DNA from: Eledone cirrhosa
Taxonomy: Eukaryota
Direction of reading: 5' to 3'
DNA: 64,000 bases
NCBI GenBank assembly: GCA_964016885.1
Contig: OZ024740.1
Coordinates: forward strand, 145,576,001-145,640,000
Both the position numbers and the translations under genes were made by a program. Under the pieces are notes generated by a model. The model saw only the letters and a list, made by a program, of their open reading frames with translations. It had not been told where the DNA came from and did not search any database. Of this stretch, positions 13,540-27,547 are shown piece after piece. The first letter of the stretch is position 1; every line of letters begins with the position of its first letter.

Positions 13540-14689
13540 CTAAAATAAAGAAAGGAAAATCAAATTAAAAAAAGAAATCCAACTTTATACATACAAACAC
13601 AACTCAACTTTGAATACATAATCATTTACATTGAACAAATGTTTGTTGTTCTGTGACATGGTAAATATCAATTTAAAAAAAAAAATGTTTGAAGATAGGA
13701 TACATGACATTTTAGGGCTGTATTTATTATTCATCGCTAACAGCAGCAATTTTGCAAGTTTTTCTATATCTGTATGGGTTGAATAGGATTACACTATAAT
13801 AAAGCTTCTATGCATCTTGATGCAGCTTCCACATTCTGTAAAGCCTATTCTAGTTGCTTCTATCCCATATCTTTGGTCAGTCTCAACTGGATTCTTTAGC
13901 TTATAGCCTCCATTTGCATCACATGCCCAAACCAATGTAGTTACCTACTCATTTGCTGTTACTTTTGATGTCTAGACACTTTCTTTATTCATTTTTGTCT
14001 TTTGGTTAGCACTGAGTAGAATTATTTTACATAGTTGGCTTCATAATAGTTTTAAATTTATGAATATGCTTAGACTCAGTTGGATGCACATAAACTAGTA
14101 GCAAAAATCCCAGCACAGGAAGAAACTAGATACATCAAAGTTCCATCTTCTCATTCACAGAATATGTCCCATCTTAAATTTAGAAGATTAGCATGCCTTC
14201 ATTTTGGCTCAGAATTTTGTGTTGTTTGTCATATGTATCATTACCTTGAACTGAAAAATGAGGCTTTCAAAATTTAAGGTATTTTTAACAATAAAGAATT
14301 CCATTATGGTCATTTAGAATATTATATTACAATGTTACTAATTGACTCAATTTATAATATATAAAGATTTTATAATTTTTAGTAAATAATAATAGCTGCT
14401 AAATATACCAGGGAAAAAAAAAAATTCCTACACAAAAGTCTATATTCAATTCAAAGTTGCTTATTTAGAATGATTGAGATTAGCATGTAAAACTGTTGAA
14501 CATTTTTGATTTTTACAAAATTTTGGACTTATAATCTTATAACCATGGAAAAAGAAAAAAAGAGGGACTAACATAAATTGTTCTGGTAAATATCATGCTA
14601 TACCATATTACAATATTATGCCAACCAGGAAAACAATGCCTCAATATTTTGAGAGAACTCCTAATACTATGCACTTGTTTTTTTTTTTT

Positions 14690-15334
14690 TGCATCCAAAT
14701 TCAGAGAGCTCCCTGAGCAAACTGAGGACATTGAGTGGAAACTGTTCAGATCAGCAGTTTCTACTTCAGCTGTTAAATGCTGTGGGCAATAGCGGCTTGG
14801 TGTGGTGCAAAAAAAGAAGCTTACAAAGCTTGGCATGAAATAAGTCCTCCTTCTTGCACTTGCAGTACAAGCAGGCATGAAAAGTCACAGCAGAGACAGT
14901 AAAGGCGTCAAAAGATAAAACATCGGATGACTGGAATCCGACTTCACATCAGCAAATAAAGTGTTCTGGCAGACCATCCACCGACTTTGTAATAAAAAAT
15001 CCTTCTCCATGCCTCCTATCAGGAATACATCTGGGGTTCTCTCTGAAGAGAGGTATATCCTTGTGAGGTGGAAAGAATACTTTGCTGATCTCCTAAACCC
15101 GGTCACACAGCATCTTCTGATGTACATGAAGTACATCTGTGAGCGATAACTAACCTCTCAGAGGCTGAGATCATAATGAGCTCAAATGTGGCAAGGCCAC
15201 TGGAGAGGAAGAAATTCAGCCTGAGATGTTAAAAGCCTTAAATAGAGAAGGTATTCTCTGGCTGGCTCATATGTGCCAGGTGGTCTGGATCTCTGGAGAG
15301 GCACCAAAGCAATGGCAATCGTAAGTGATAATCA

Positions 15335-15384
<50 letters not shown>

Positions 15385-16080
15385 TAAAGATAGATTTCTT
15401 CAATTATGTTAAACCTTCCCAGTAAAGTCTATGTTAAATGTCTGGCAAAGAAATGTAGGGATATTGTCATGTCCAAGCTAGCTGATGAACAGTGTGGTTT
15501 TCACCACAAACGCAGCACAGCAGACCAAATATTCACACTGCAGCAGGTCTTTTGAGAAATCATGGGATTATTGCCAAGATATATATTCTTGTTTTGTAAA
15601 CTTCAAAAATGCATATGACCAGGTTCTGCAGGAGTATGGGATTGATGGAGAGCTTCTTGTTGGTCTGATGTCTCTATATGAATGACTTAGTATTTGTGTT
15701 CGGATAAATAGTACTAAGTCGAAACCATTCAATGTGGATGTCAAACTCTGCCAAGGGGGAGTACTGTTAACTCTCCTGTTCATAATCTGCATGGACAGGA
15801 TTGACATACAACTGGGACGGAAGTGGTATTGAGACTGGCGGGTTTAGGATCAGTTGGCTGAAATTTGCGGATGACATGGTACTATGTAACTCATTAGAAG
15901 GTGATCTCCAACATGCCTCTGCTAGGTTTGCTGCAAAGTGCTGCACAGGAGGAATGAAAATCAGTGCTGCAAAGACTGAGACTTTCAACCTCTCAAAGAA
16001 GCCTGTGCAGTGCACTCTACATGTGAGTGAGGTTCCACTGAAGTAGGTGGAAAAGTTCAAGTATTTCAGGACTGTGTTCA
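14690..16080 (+). pseudogene. Decayed RTE LINE reverse-transcriptase fragment inside the Nck intron
   Basis: Fragments FWQTIHRL, RWKEYFADLLNP, KCGKATGEEEIQPEMLK, CFVNFKNAYD, CQGGVL, KFADDMVL, GMKISAAKTE with many stops/frameshifts and an inserted poly(A). Confidence 0.88.
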
Positions 16081-19000
16081 TAGAAGAGTTTGTTGAATTA
16101 ATTTTTCATAAGAAGTGATAAGATGGAGAATATATTGTCACTTTAGCAGCAAGCTAGCAATTGTAGAACAGTCCTTGTTAATAGCAACACCAAAGAACAT
16201 CATATATAATCAACCATCACACTAAACTATAAAGACACACTACACACATATAGAAAACACAGTCTTCTTTTTTTTTAGTTCCTTTTGCTCCTTATGGAGC
16301 AGTGAGTGACAAGAAATTTCCATTCTGCACAGTTGCAAACCCAGCTATGAGCTTGGGAACATGGGCCTGGCTTGTTCCCAAGCCAGGCCCATGTTTGTCA
16401 GGCTTTCCTCAACAGACCACAACCAGGTCTTGACCGATCTACCTTGTTTCCTATGCCTGAAGACATAATAAACACAGGAAAGCCATGCAAAAACACCATA
16501 ACGACTCAGAGGCACCATATTTGGCCAACACTGAAACAATAGCACTTATACAAACAATACATTAAATTTAACATGGCATACCTCCATAGAGACCTAAATC
16601 TCTCAAAATACTACAAAGAACATAAAATAGTACATTTCATATCATCATACAAATAAGCCATCTATAAAACGAAACCAAAATGCTTCTGGTCATTGAGAGA
16701 GCTTCTATGCAGTTGCTCAGCCTTTTAGAATTAGCAGGCAAATCTCCCTTTCAAATCCCACTCAACCAACTTGAAAAAGGACACATTGGATCAAGTGGGT
16801 TTGGTTAAACAAAACCTGAAAATAAAGGATGGTTGTGGCTAGAAAGCATTTCATTATAGGTCTGTTCCATCAAGGAGGATCTGTTGCTAAACAACAACAA
16901 CCAACATACTCAAAATAAAACCCCAGCTGCTTGCATAGTTTGTTGCCACAGTCATTCCCCCTATGTTCAATAAAACACCAAAACACTCCAAGGCATTATT
17001 ACAACACCCTCCTAAGAATACTATGCTTCCAACACACTACACACTCAAAAATTCCATACACACAATAATAAAATCAACATTGATAATTTCATATGATCCA
17101 TTGTATTGAGATGCACACCACTGGAGATAAATGCAGCAGAACAGTAACTGGTGAGCTGTGAGTCCATGTAGCTACCACCAGATCCTACATGCAGAAACCT
17201 CAAACAATGAATGATTGCATGTCAGAGTGCACAGTGTAGTCCTCAACAGGGTAGAGATATGGTATATTAAGAGAACTAGATCTGTTCATCAGTTGACCGG
17301 CTGACTATATATGTACCACAGGTCTGCTTATCAGCAACTCACAAAAATAGTGAATCATTTAGAAACCTGTGTTTAATTGTTTAAGAAATAAAGCTATGTA
17401 TGTCTGAATGGACCATTAACTCCTGAAAAGGTCATAGGGGTGCCATCATGACACACTTGAGTACTTTAAACCTGGCAAAGCTCATCCCCTCTCCAGGTCT
17501 AAACAGAGCCAATTTCTTCCAGAGAAAGAGTGTGAGACAGAGGTAGTGAGAAAGAGATAAAAGAATCAACCACCAGTACTGGATTGGTACATGTTTTATC
17601 AACCTCAAAAAGATAAAAGACAAATGTGACACTGGAATGAATACCTCAAAGCATTCTATCTGATAAATAAAGCTATACTCTGAGAGAAAAAGAAATAATG
17701 TAGTAAACTGCTAATAATATGGCATGACAACAGAAAACCTTTAACTCTATCACCTAGTTATGGTAACTGGAATAGGCAGTGATGAAAACTTGATAATCTG
17801 GCAGACAAAAATCTCAGACTGGTAAACAAAATATAATTGATAATGATGCTGTAGGTCCTTCAAAAGTAATATTTCAAAAGAACAATCTCTGTAGTTTTGT
17901 ATTAATACTAAGCCTTCTCTTGTTTTTACTACAATGATTCAGAAAGGTTATATTTTAATCTACAACACAAAAAGATGTTAAAAGCCCTAATTCCTCTGTA
18001 TATGATTTACATTTCAATTTCTCATGTTGTAAATGTTCAAATTTAAAGCTACACTCATGTATTATATACATGAGTAAAGCCGGTAAAGAATTTGACCAGA
18101 TAAAATAATTATACTATCATAAAGAAAACAAGTTAGATGTTTCAAATTTGTCTACTATTTGACAGTCGTATTTAAGGAATATCGAAATTAAAATCAAATA
18201 TAGAGAAATGTTTGAAAAATATTAGTAGAAATATGATCCAATCTTTAAAAATTATTCAGAGAAAAAAAGACATGAAAAAGAACTATGAAAATGTTACCAA
18301 TATTGACAAGAAGAGTAGCCTCTCTTGGACCAGTGATCAATAACTAAATCTTTTATTATGAAAAATGAGTTATAAGCTATTTTATGTCAATTTTTCAATG
18401 TTAGCATGGGTTGGATGATGCCCACAGTTTATGCTAGTTTTTATGGTTGTTAAAGCAACTAAGAGTACAAGACATTGTTGCAGGGCTAAAAGCAACCATT
18501 GGTACTCATTTAAACTGAGTGAACTAGAGCTAAGTGAATTAAGTGCTTTGCTTATCCAGTCTACGAATTGAACTCATGACATTATGATCTAGAGTCAAAA
18601 TCTAGGCTGAGCACCTCCGCATTTAAAAAAATAGCCCATCGTAATTGAGGAATAAAATAGCTTTTTATGTAATATAAAGATATGACAGGAAATGTGTACT
18701 AATTCTGTGTACCCATAATCTGCAGATGTTCCCAAATATTTAAAAAAATCATATCAGATGTTACTGCAAAGAAGTAGTATAAAACAGGTTTTGTTTAAAA
18801 TGACAACTCAGAAAAAGTTTTCAAAGGTACCAATGAAACACAATTCATCCACACCTACAGTAATTATTTGTAGGGTGTTCCACCAAATACATGTACAACA
18901 TATCTAATATAGTCAATTTTTGTTTGTTTTTCCAAATTCAGTTAAATGTCACAACTGTAAAAGGATAAAATACAACTAGCCTATACAACTAACCTATTCT

Positions 19001-19379
19001 ACTAATCATCAGAAACCAATAAATATTTCTTTTTAATATACATTCATTTTTTCATGATAGCTCGAGTTGGATAGTTTTTTAAAATGTTTAATAATATTTT
19101 TGCATATTGTTACATCTTTCCTATTAGGAAGTAAAAGTGAAGCTTAATGTCAACCAGGTAGAATGAGATAAGCAGAATTTATGTTGAGACCAATCTATTT
19201 ATCTATATGAAGTAAACAGTCATGCATATCATTCTCTAGTCCTGATACCACATAATTAAACCCTTCAAAGTTGCTACAAATGTTAGTTTTCATAATCTCT
19301 GGAGATTTTTCATAGCACTCCCACATATATATAACATTACTAAAACTGCATCACACAGACTAGGATACCTTTTTAGAGA

Positions 19380-19770
19380 TAGGAAATCTTCAGTTCTTAT
19401 CAGTTGCTAACCCCCTACAAAGCTCAAGTAAGATAAATGTTAGAAGATCAAATCCTAAAGAAGGCCATAGAATGTTGATGCTGCTACACTAAAATCCTAA
19501 ATCAAATCTAAAATAAGGCCATTAGGTTGATTGGCAGAGATTCAATTATAAAAATACTTCAGCCACTGGCTTACAGATGCATAGTTTCTTGATGTATTTC
19601 ACCTCCCTGACTCTATAAAAAACACTTTTCCCAGTCCTTCTTCCACAGAACAGCATCCTGCTGGAATTCCCTCCTCACCCATAATTTCCCAACAGACACT
19701 GACCTACAGATGAAGTTGAAGCTCAACATCATTTATACCTATCTCACCATTCTTTCCTCGTCTGATGTTC
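19380..19770 (+). mobile_element. Decayed CR1/L2/Jockey-group LINE 3' fragment
   Basis: HFSQSFFHRTASCWNSL resembles the SFF.R....WN.L ORF2 C-terminal motif. Confidence 0.45.
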
Positions 19771-20005
19771 TAATTCAAGCCTTATAGATCTAGATAGTCT
19801 TCAAGTTTGAACATTTTGGTTTTATTCTATGTGATTAGTATTTTAAATATGCAGCTGGTTATGAAGTCTTATTTTGAATAGTTTGTAATTTGTCTTGTAT
19901 GAGTGAGAGATTGTGGCAATGAAAAGAAAAATGCATGGAAATATAATAGGGAACATAAATAGAATGGTGAAGGCCAACATCTAAATCAACTTCACAGAAG
20001 TTTAA

Positions 20006-20200
20006 CCCTTTAGCATTTACATTACTCTATATTTACTATTGTATTTTCATGGTAAAGGCTTTATCTTACATAATTATCTCACATAATATCAAATCTATGA
20101 GATTTTGATATTTATTTTAAGAAAAATACATTAACATCAGTATGAATGGCCGGAGATGAGAGAAGCCTGGCTGGATACAGCCAATTTAAATGCTAAAAGG
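20006..20200. mobile_element. piggyBac-type MITE
   Basis: TTAA on both sides (20002-20005, 20201-20204); 14-bp TIRs CCCTTTAGCATTTA / TAAATGCTAAAAGG; a partial related copy at ~398-539. Confidence 0.8.
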
Positions 20201-21019
20201 TTAAGCTCTAAAAGTTTACGAAATCCCTGTATTCTCACAAATTCATAAATCCTTTCATTGTTTGAGTTATGAAGATTGCTGTGTGAATGACTTTAATGTT
20301 ATTCACACTGCAAACTTACAGTTGAAGTTGACATATAGCCGTGTGTCATAATAGCTTAGTTGTATCAAGAAGTAATCAATAATACATTATGTGAATGTTT
20401 GTGTATGCAGATTAGAAGTAGACCTCAGATTTTAAATAATTACTGTATTTGATGGTATATAAGACCCACTTTTCTTTTATCAAAACAGACTAAAAATATC
20501 ATCCATGTCTTATAAGAGACGTTGAGCTACTTGTTTTAATAACATTAGATGCTTACTCATGTTGTTGTTGGACCTCCATCATTTTCTACAGGTGCTCCAG
20601 CTGATTCAATCAGTGGAGTTGCCTGCTTGTGAAATTAATGTGTAAGTAGCTAAGCATTCCACAGACACATTCTTAACGTAGTTCTCAGGGAGATTCAGCA
20701 TGACACAATGTGTGCCAAGGATGGCAACATGAATTACTGGTACAACTCACTTTTGCCAGCTGAGTGGATTAGAGCAACATGAAATATCCATAGTTACAAG
20801 AAAATACACAAAACATCCTCTTTTTCCAAACATTCCCTGCTGAGATCAGGGTGGGGGGAGGGGTTATCTTTTATGCCCATGGATCTTATATGCCATCAAG
20901 TACAGTAGTTCATTATAATAGAAGCCTAAAACAATATGTAGATAATTTGTTTTCAAAAATTATATTATTTTAAATAATGATTAAGATTGTAGGCTGCAGT
21001 TTAAAGCAGCAATACTTAC

Positions 21020-21982
21020 TGTAGATTCACTATCTCGAATTAGGAAGTCCCCATCTTCAGCATGTTTTGTAAGCATTTCTTCACACTGGGTCCGTGTTAT
21101 TTTCCCAAAATACCACTCTTTATCAGCTAGAGGTCCCGATAAATGCTGTGGTTTATGGTTAGGCATGCCGACCACACTAAGTGAGGATGCATTAGAAAGA
21201 CTACTAGCTGACTGAGAGTGTGGAGTACATGAGCTGTCATTGGTTGCAGTATCATATTCAATATCATCTACTGATTGAACATAATTACGTGGTACAAGAC
21301 CTAAATGGTCGAACTTGTTCCGTGCCTTCCACCAATCAGGATCCTCAATAGGTTTTTCAACAATTAATAAACGGTCCCCTTTTTCAAAGCTAAGTTCTTC
21401 TTGATTTGAACGTTTAAAAGTGTATAAAGCTGTGACGACTTCTATCCCCTCCATTGCACCAAAATCCACACGAGCAGTTGCAGATAAGTCAGAGGTTTGT
21501 TCCAACTCAACATAGTTGGATGGAAACCAACCATATTCTTCATTATCTTTTCGGCCACGCCACCATCCATCAATGGATTTCTGCATGACTATCACCTTCT
21601 CTGATTTAGTTAATGATATTTCATCAGGACGCTGAGCTTGATAGCCATATTTGACAATTGCGGGTACATGCTCGCAAATCTGGATATCAGCCCCTCCTGG
21701 ACTTTTTTGGTCAAGTGCTGCAACTCCATTTCTTGAAGCCTGATAGCTAGCAGCTGGACATTTGTTCTTTTTCCTAGTGAGTAAACTAGAGAAGAAGGAA
21801 GGCTTTGATTTTTTGACATAATTTGATGGTACAAAGCCAGATTTGCTCTGCATATTTTGTACTTTCCACCATTCTTTACTGTCGTCAAGAAGACGTAGCT
21901 TCTCATTCTTCTTAATGTCCAATTCTTGGCTGTTTTCAGCCTTATAATCATATTTTGCAATGACTATCACCTCCTCCGCCAT
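21020..21982 (-). CDS. NCK: Nck/dreadlocks adaptor, first coding exon (three SH3 domains + N-terminal part of SH2), 321 codons
   Basis: [13 protein letters not shown]...[10 protein letters not shown]...WWKV...GFVPSNYV is the Nck SH3-1 pattern; two more SH3 motifs ([16 protein letters not shown]) and SH2 start WYFGKITR...[10 protein letters not shown]. Donor ACA|gtaagt at 21020/21019 (phase 0); acceptor ttttcattttattcctcag| opens the exon at 22005, 23 nt before the ATG. Confidence 0.97.
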
Positions 21983-22496
21983 CTTTGGACCACATAACAG
22001 ACCATCTGAGGAATAAAATGAAAATATAACATTTAATTAGAATATGCAATTTTTATGTAAATTTTTATACAATTAAAAATACACTCACACGTATACATAT
22101 ATACATACACACATACATACATATATATATATACATACATACATACATACATACACATATATATATATATACATACACATACATATATATATATATATAT
22201 ACATACACACATGATGATGATGACATATATATAAGTATACATACACATACATATATATATACATACACACGCACATATATATATACATACACATACATAC
22301 ACATATAGACACACATACATACACACATATATATATACATACATACACATATATATATACATACATACACACACATATATATATACACATACATACACAC
22401 ATATATATACACACATACATACATACAAATATATATACATACATACAAATATATATACATACACACACACATATATATATATATATATAGCGAAGT

Positions 22497-22527
<31 letters not shown>

Positions 22528-22655
22528 GGATGTATATATATAATGTATTTTGCAATACACTTTATGCTTAATTAAAAGCATTTTGAAGACCGTAAGCTAT
22601 TATTTTAAAGTAGTGACAAATTCACTCACTTTGATCTCAGCAAACAGGGGAGATA

Positions 22656-22699
22656 AGCCGACAAGACTTGTTTCGCTTTGGTTGAAGCTTATCAAGGCC
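22656..22699 (-). ncRNA. Type I hammerhead ribozyme, U3-A8 core variant
   Basis: ggcc-UUGAUAA-gcuu(caacca)aagc-GAAA-caa(guc)uug-U-C-ggcu; all three helices pair, GUC cleavage triplet. Confidence 0.78.
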
Positions 22700-22915
22700 A
22701 ACTACCCCACCTGCTTACTGAGATCATTGATGTTATAATCTTATAGAAATCTAGTAAATAATCAGGAGCTGATTATGCAGAGCGGTTGTTGGTCAGGCAG
22801 AAATTAAAAATTAGAATTGGAGCTCTGAAATAGCAATATATATATGGATGTATATATAATGTATTAATCTATAAGAATATAACATCAATGATCTCAGTAA
22901 GCAGGTGGGGTAGTT

Positions 22916-22959
22916 GGCCTTGATAAGCTTCAACCAAAGCGAAACAAGTCTTGTCGGCT
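22916..22959 (+). ncRNA. Type I hammerhead ribozyme, U3-A8 core variant (inverted copy)
   Basis: Identical motif on + strand: ggccTTGATAAgcttcaaccaaagcGAAAcaagtcttgTCggct; helix I extends via gggg(22907)/cccc(22968). Confidence 0.78.
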
Positions 22960-23121
22960 TATCTCCCCTGTTTGCTGAGATCAAAGTGAGTGAATTTGTC
23001 ACCACTTTAAAACAATAGCTTACGATCTTCAAAATGCTTTTAATTAAGCATAAAGTGTATTGCAAAATACATTATATATACATCCATATATATATATTGC
23101 TATTTCAGAGCTCCAATTCTA

Positions 23122-23154
<33 letters not shown>

Positions 23155-23434
23155 TATATATATATACATACACACACACACACACATATATATATAGCGA
23201 AGTGATATATATATATATTATATTTATATACATACACACACATATATATATAGATACATACACATATATATATACATACATACACATATATATATACATA
23301 TATACATACATATATATATACATACACACACATATATATATACATACATACACATATATATATATATATATACATATATACACACATATATATATATACA
23401 TACACACATATATATATATACATACACACATATA

Positions 23435-24517
23435 TCATCATCATCATCATCATCATCACCGTTTTACGTCCGTTCTTCAACGCTAGCATGGGTTAGATGG
23501 GTTGTCCTGTTGTGGGCAGTGTCTGGTCGGCTGACCATGCCTTGCTCATACAGGAACTGATTTGGTTTGATTTCTACAGCTGGATGTCATTCCTAACACC
23601 AACCTCATTTACAGTGTGTGCTTTTTCATGGCGCCTACACGTCCACTTTACAGTGTGGGCTGGGTGCTTTTTTGCTGTGGCATCTCCACGACCACCTTGC
23701 AGTGGGAGGGTGTGGGGCATATTGTCTATATGCTTCAGCTTGTACCCATGGGAGGTCGGGTACTCTGTATTACTGCGTGACGCCAGTGGTCACGGTCGTG
23801 TGTCATCGCCTTTGAGAGGTGTAAGTGAGTAAGGTCGGCTTTTATCACCTCATCCCAGGTCATCTTGGGTGTCCCCACTCCGCGGCTTCCATTGACTTCT
23901 AGTGCTCTGCACCTTTTTATGCAGCTGTCATCCTTCATACGCATCACATGTCCATACCAAGGCATCCGCCTCTCCTGCACACAGCATTTGATTCCTCTTA
24001 TGCTCAGTGTCTCTCTCAATTCATTTATGCTTTGTCGTTCGCGTATATTACTATTACACATCCATCGGAGCATGCAGGCTTCGTTTCTCTCTAATCGACG
24101 TAAGTCTTCCACCTTCAGCGCCCAGGTCTCACTACCATGCAACATTGCTGTTCGGATACACGCATCACACAGTCTGCCTTTCATTTTGAGGGAGAAGCCT
24201 TTTGCAGCTAGCAGTGGTAGTAGTTCCCTGAACTTCTTCCATCCCGTTCTTACCCTAGTTATTGTACTTTCTGAGCACCCACCTCCGCTGCTAATTCGGT
24301 CACCTCGGTAGCAGAAGCTGTCTACTGTCTCTACAGAGCCCTACCAGAGATTGGTGGTACTTGTTTCCTGTCGCTGTTTGCTGCTCGCTGTCTCAGCACA
24401 GCTGCTGCATGTGAATCCTACATTCTTAATTAAGCTTCCTGAGATCCCGCTACATCTCTTGTGTACCCATTTTTTGCATTTGGGGCACAGAATGGAGTTT
24501 CTACCTACACCTTTCCT
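23435..24517 (-). mobile_element. RTE LINE family A, 5'-truncated copy
   Basis: [13 protein letters not shown]...[12 protein letters not shown]...WYGHVMR; 3' UTR ends ...cggacgtaaaacggt(GAT)n. Confidence 0.93.
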
Positions 24518-24544
24518 TTCCTATATATATATATATATATATAT

Positions 24545-24595
<51 letters not shown>

Positions 24596-26248
24596 TATAT
24601 ATACATACATACATATATATATACATACATACACATATATATATATACATACACATATATATATACATACATACATACACATATATACATACATACATAC
24701 ACATATATACATACATACATACATACACATATATATATACATACATACATACACATATATATATACATACATACATACATACACATATATATATACATAC
24801 ATACATACATACACATATATATATACATACATACATACACATATATATATACATACATACACATATATATATATACATACATACACATATATATACATAC
24901 ATACACACATATATATATACATACATACATACACATATATATATATACATACATACATATATATATACATACATACATATATATATACATACATACATAC
25001 ATATATATATACATACATACATACATATATATACATACATACATATATATATACATACATACATATATATATACATACATACACATATATATACATACAT
25101 ACACATATATATAAATACATACATACACATATATATAAATACATACATACACATATATATAAATACATACATACACATATATATAAATACATACATACAC
25201 ATATATATAAATACATACATACACATATATATAAATACATACATACACATATATATATATATACATACACATATATATATATACATACATACACATATAT
25301 ATATACATACATACATACACATATATATATATATACATACATACACATATATATATATATACATACATACATACATACATACACATATATATATATATAT
25401 ATACATACATATACACATATATATATATATATACATACATACATACACATATATATATATATACATACATACATACACATATATATATATATACATACAT
25501 ACATACACATATATATATATATACATACATACATACACATATATATATACATACATACATACACATATATATATATATACATACATACATACACATATAT
25601 ATATATATACATACATACACATATATATATATACATACATACATACACATATATATATATATACATACATACATACACATATATATATATACATACATAC
25701 ACACACATATATATATATATACATACATACACACACATATATATATATATACATACATACACATATATATATATATATATACATACATACATACACATAT
25801 ATATATATATACATACATACATACACATATATATATATATACATACATACATACACATATATATATATATACATACATACATACACATATATATATATAT
25901 ACATACATACATACACATATATATATATATACATACATACATACACATATATATATATATACATACATACATACACATATATATATATATACATACATAC
26001 ATACACATATATATATATATACATACATACACATATATATATATATACATACATACATACACATATATATATATATACATACATACATATATATATATAC
26101 ATACATACATATATATATATATACATACATACATATATATATATATACATACATACATACATACATATATATATACATACATACATATATATATATATAC
26201 ATACATACATACATATATATATACATACATACATACATACATATATAT

Positions 26249-26309
<61 letters not shown>

Positions 26310-27547
26310 TACATACATACATACATACATATATATATACATACATACATACATACATATATATATACATACATACACATATATATATATATATATACAT
26401 ACATACACATATATATATATATACATACATACACATATATATATATATACATACATACATACACATATATATATATATACATACATACATACACATATAT
26501 ATATATATATATATACATACATGCATACACATTATATATACATACATACATACACATATATATATATACATACATACATACACATATATATATATACATA
26601 CACATATATATATATACATACATACATACACATATATATATATACATACATACATACACATATATATATATACATACATACATACACATATATATATATA
26701 TATACATACACATATATATATATACATACATACATATATATATATATATACATACATACATACACATATATATACATACATACACATATATATACATACA
26801 TACACATATACATACATACATACACATATATATATACATACATACATATATATATATACATACATACATATATATATACATACATACATACACATATATA
26901 TATACATACATACACATATATATATACATACATACACATATATATATACATACATACACATATATATACATACATACATACACATATATATATACATACA
27001 TACACATATATATATACATACATACATACACATATATATATACATACATACATACACATATATATATATACATACATACATACACATATATATATATACA
27101 TACATACATACACATATATATATACATACATACATACATACACATATATATATACATACATATATATATACATACATACATACATATATATATACATACA
27201 TACATACATATATACATACATATACATACATACATACATACATACATACACATATATACATACATATAAGTATGTATACGCACATACATATATGTGTACA
27301 AACGTACAGTAGTATGTATATATATATATATATACATATATGCACACATATATATATATGTATGTATGGGTTTATCGAACATTTATTATAATGTTCGGTT
27401 GTTTGTAAACGATATATATATATATATACATACATATAAATATACATACACATATATATATATATATATACATACATATAAATATACATACACACATATA
27501 TATACATACACATATATATATATATATACATACACATATATATATAT

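Larger units (their letters stand above)
13540..21019 (-). other. NCK: Nck intron inside the SH2 domain (GT-AG, 7480 bp)
   Basis: Canonical gtaagt donor and pyrimidine-rich ag acceptor joining two in-frame SH2 halves. Confidence 0.93.
22528..23123. mobile_element. Non-coding ~317-bp hammerhead-bearing repeat (Penelope pLTR/retrozyme-like): one unit plus a partial repeat, then an inverted partial copy
   Basis: ggatgtatatat..aatgtatt recurs at 22528 and 22846; 22869-23123 is the reverse complement of the unit; each arm carries a hammerhead motif. Confidence 0.8.

Noticed and set aside
15341-15381. ~40-nt poly(A) run as a retrocopy tail
   Set aside because: Lies inside a decayed RTE at an A-rich coding position; simple homopolymer expansion is sufficient.
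20981-21982. 333-aa ORF as a complete intronless protein
   Set aside because: The SH2 is cut at a perfect gtaagt donor and completed by the exon at 13539.
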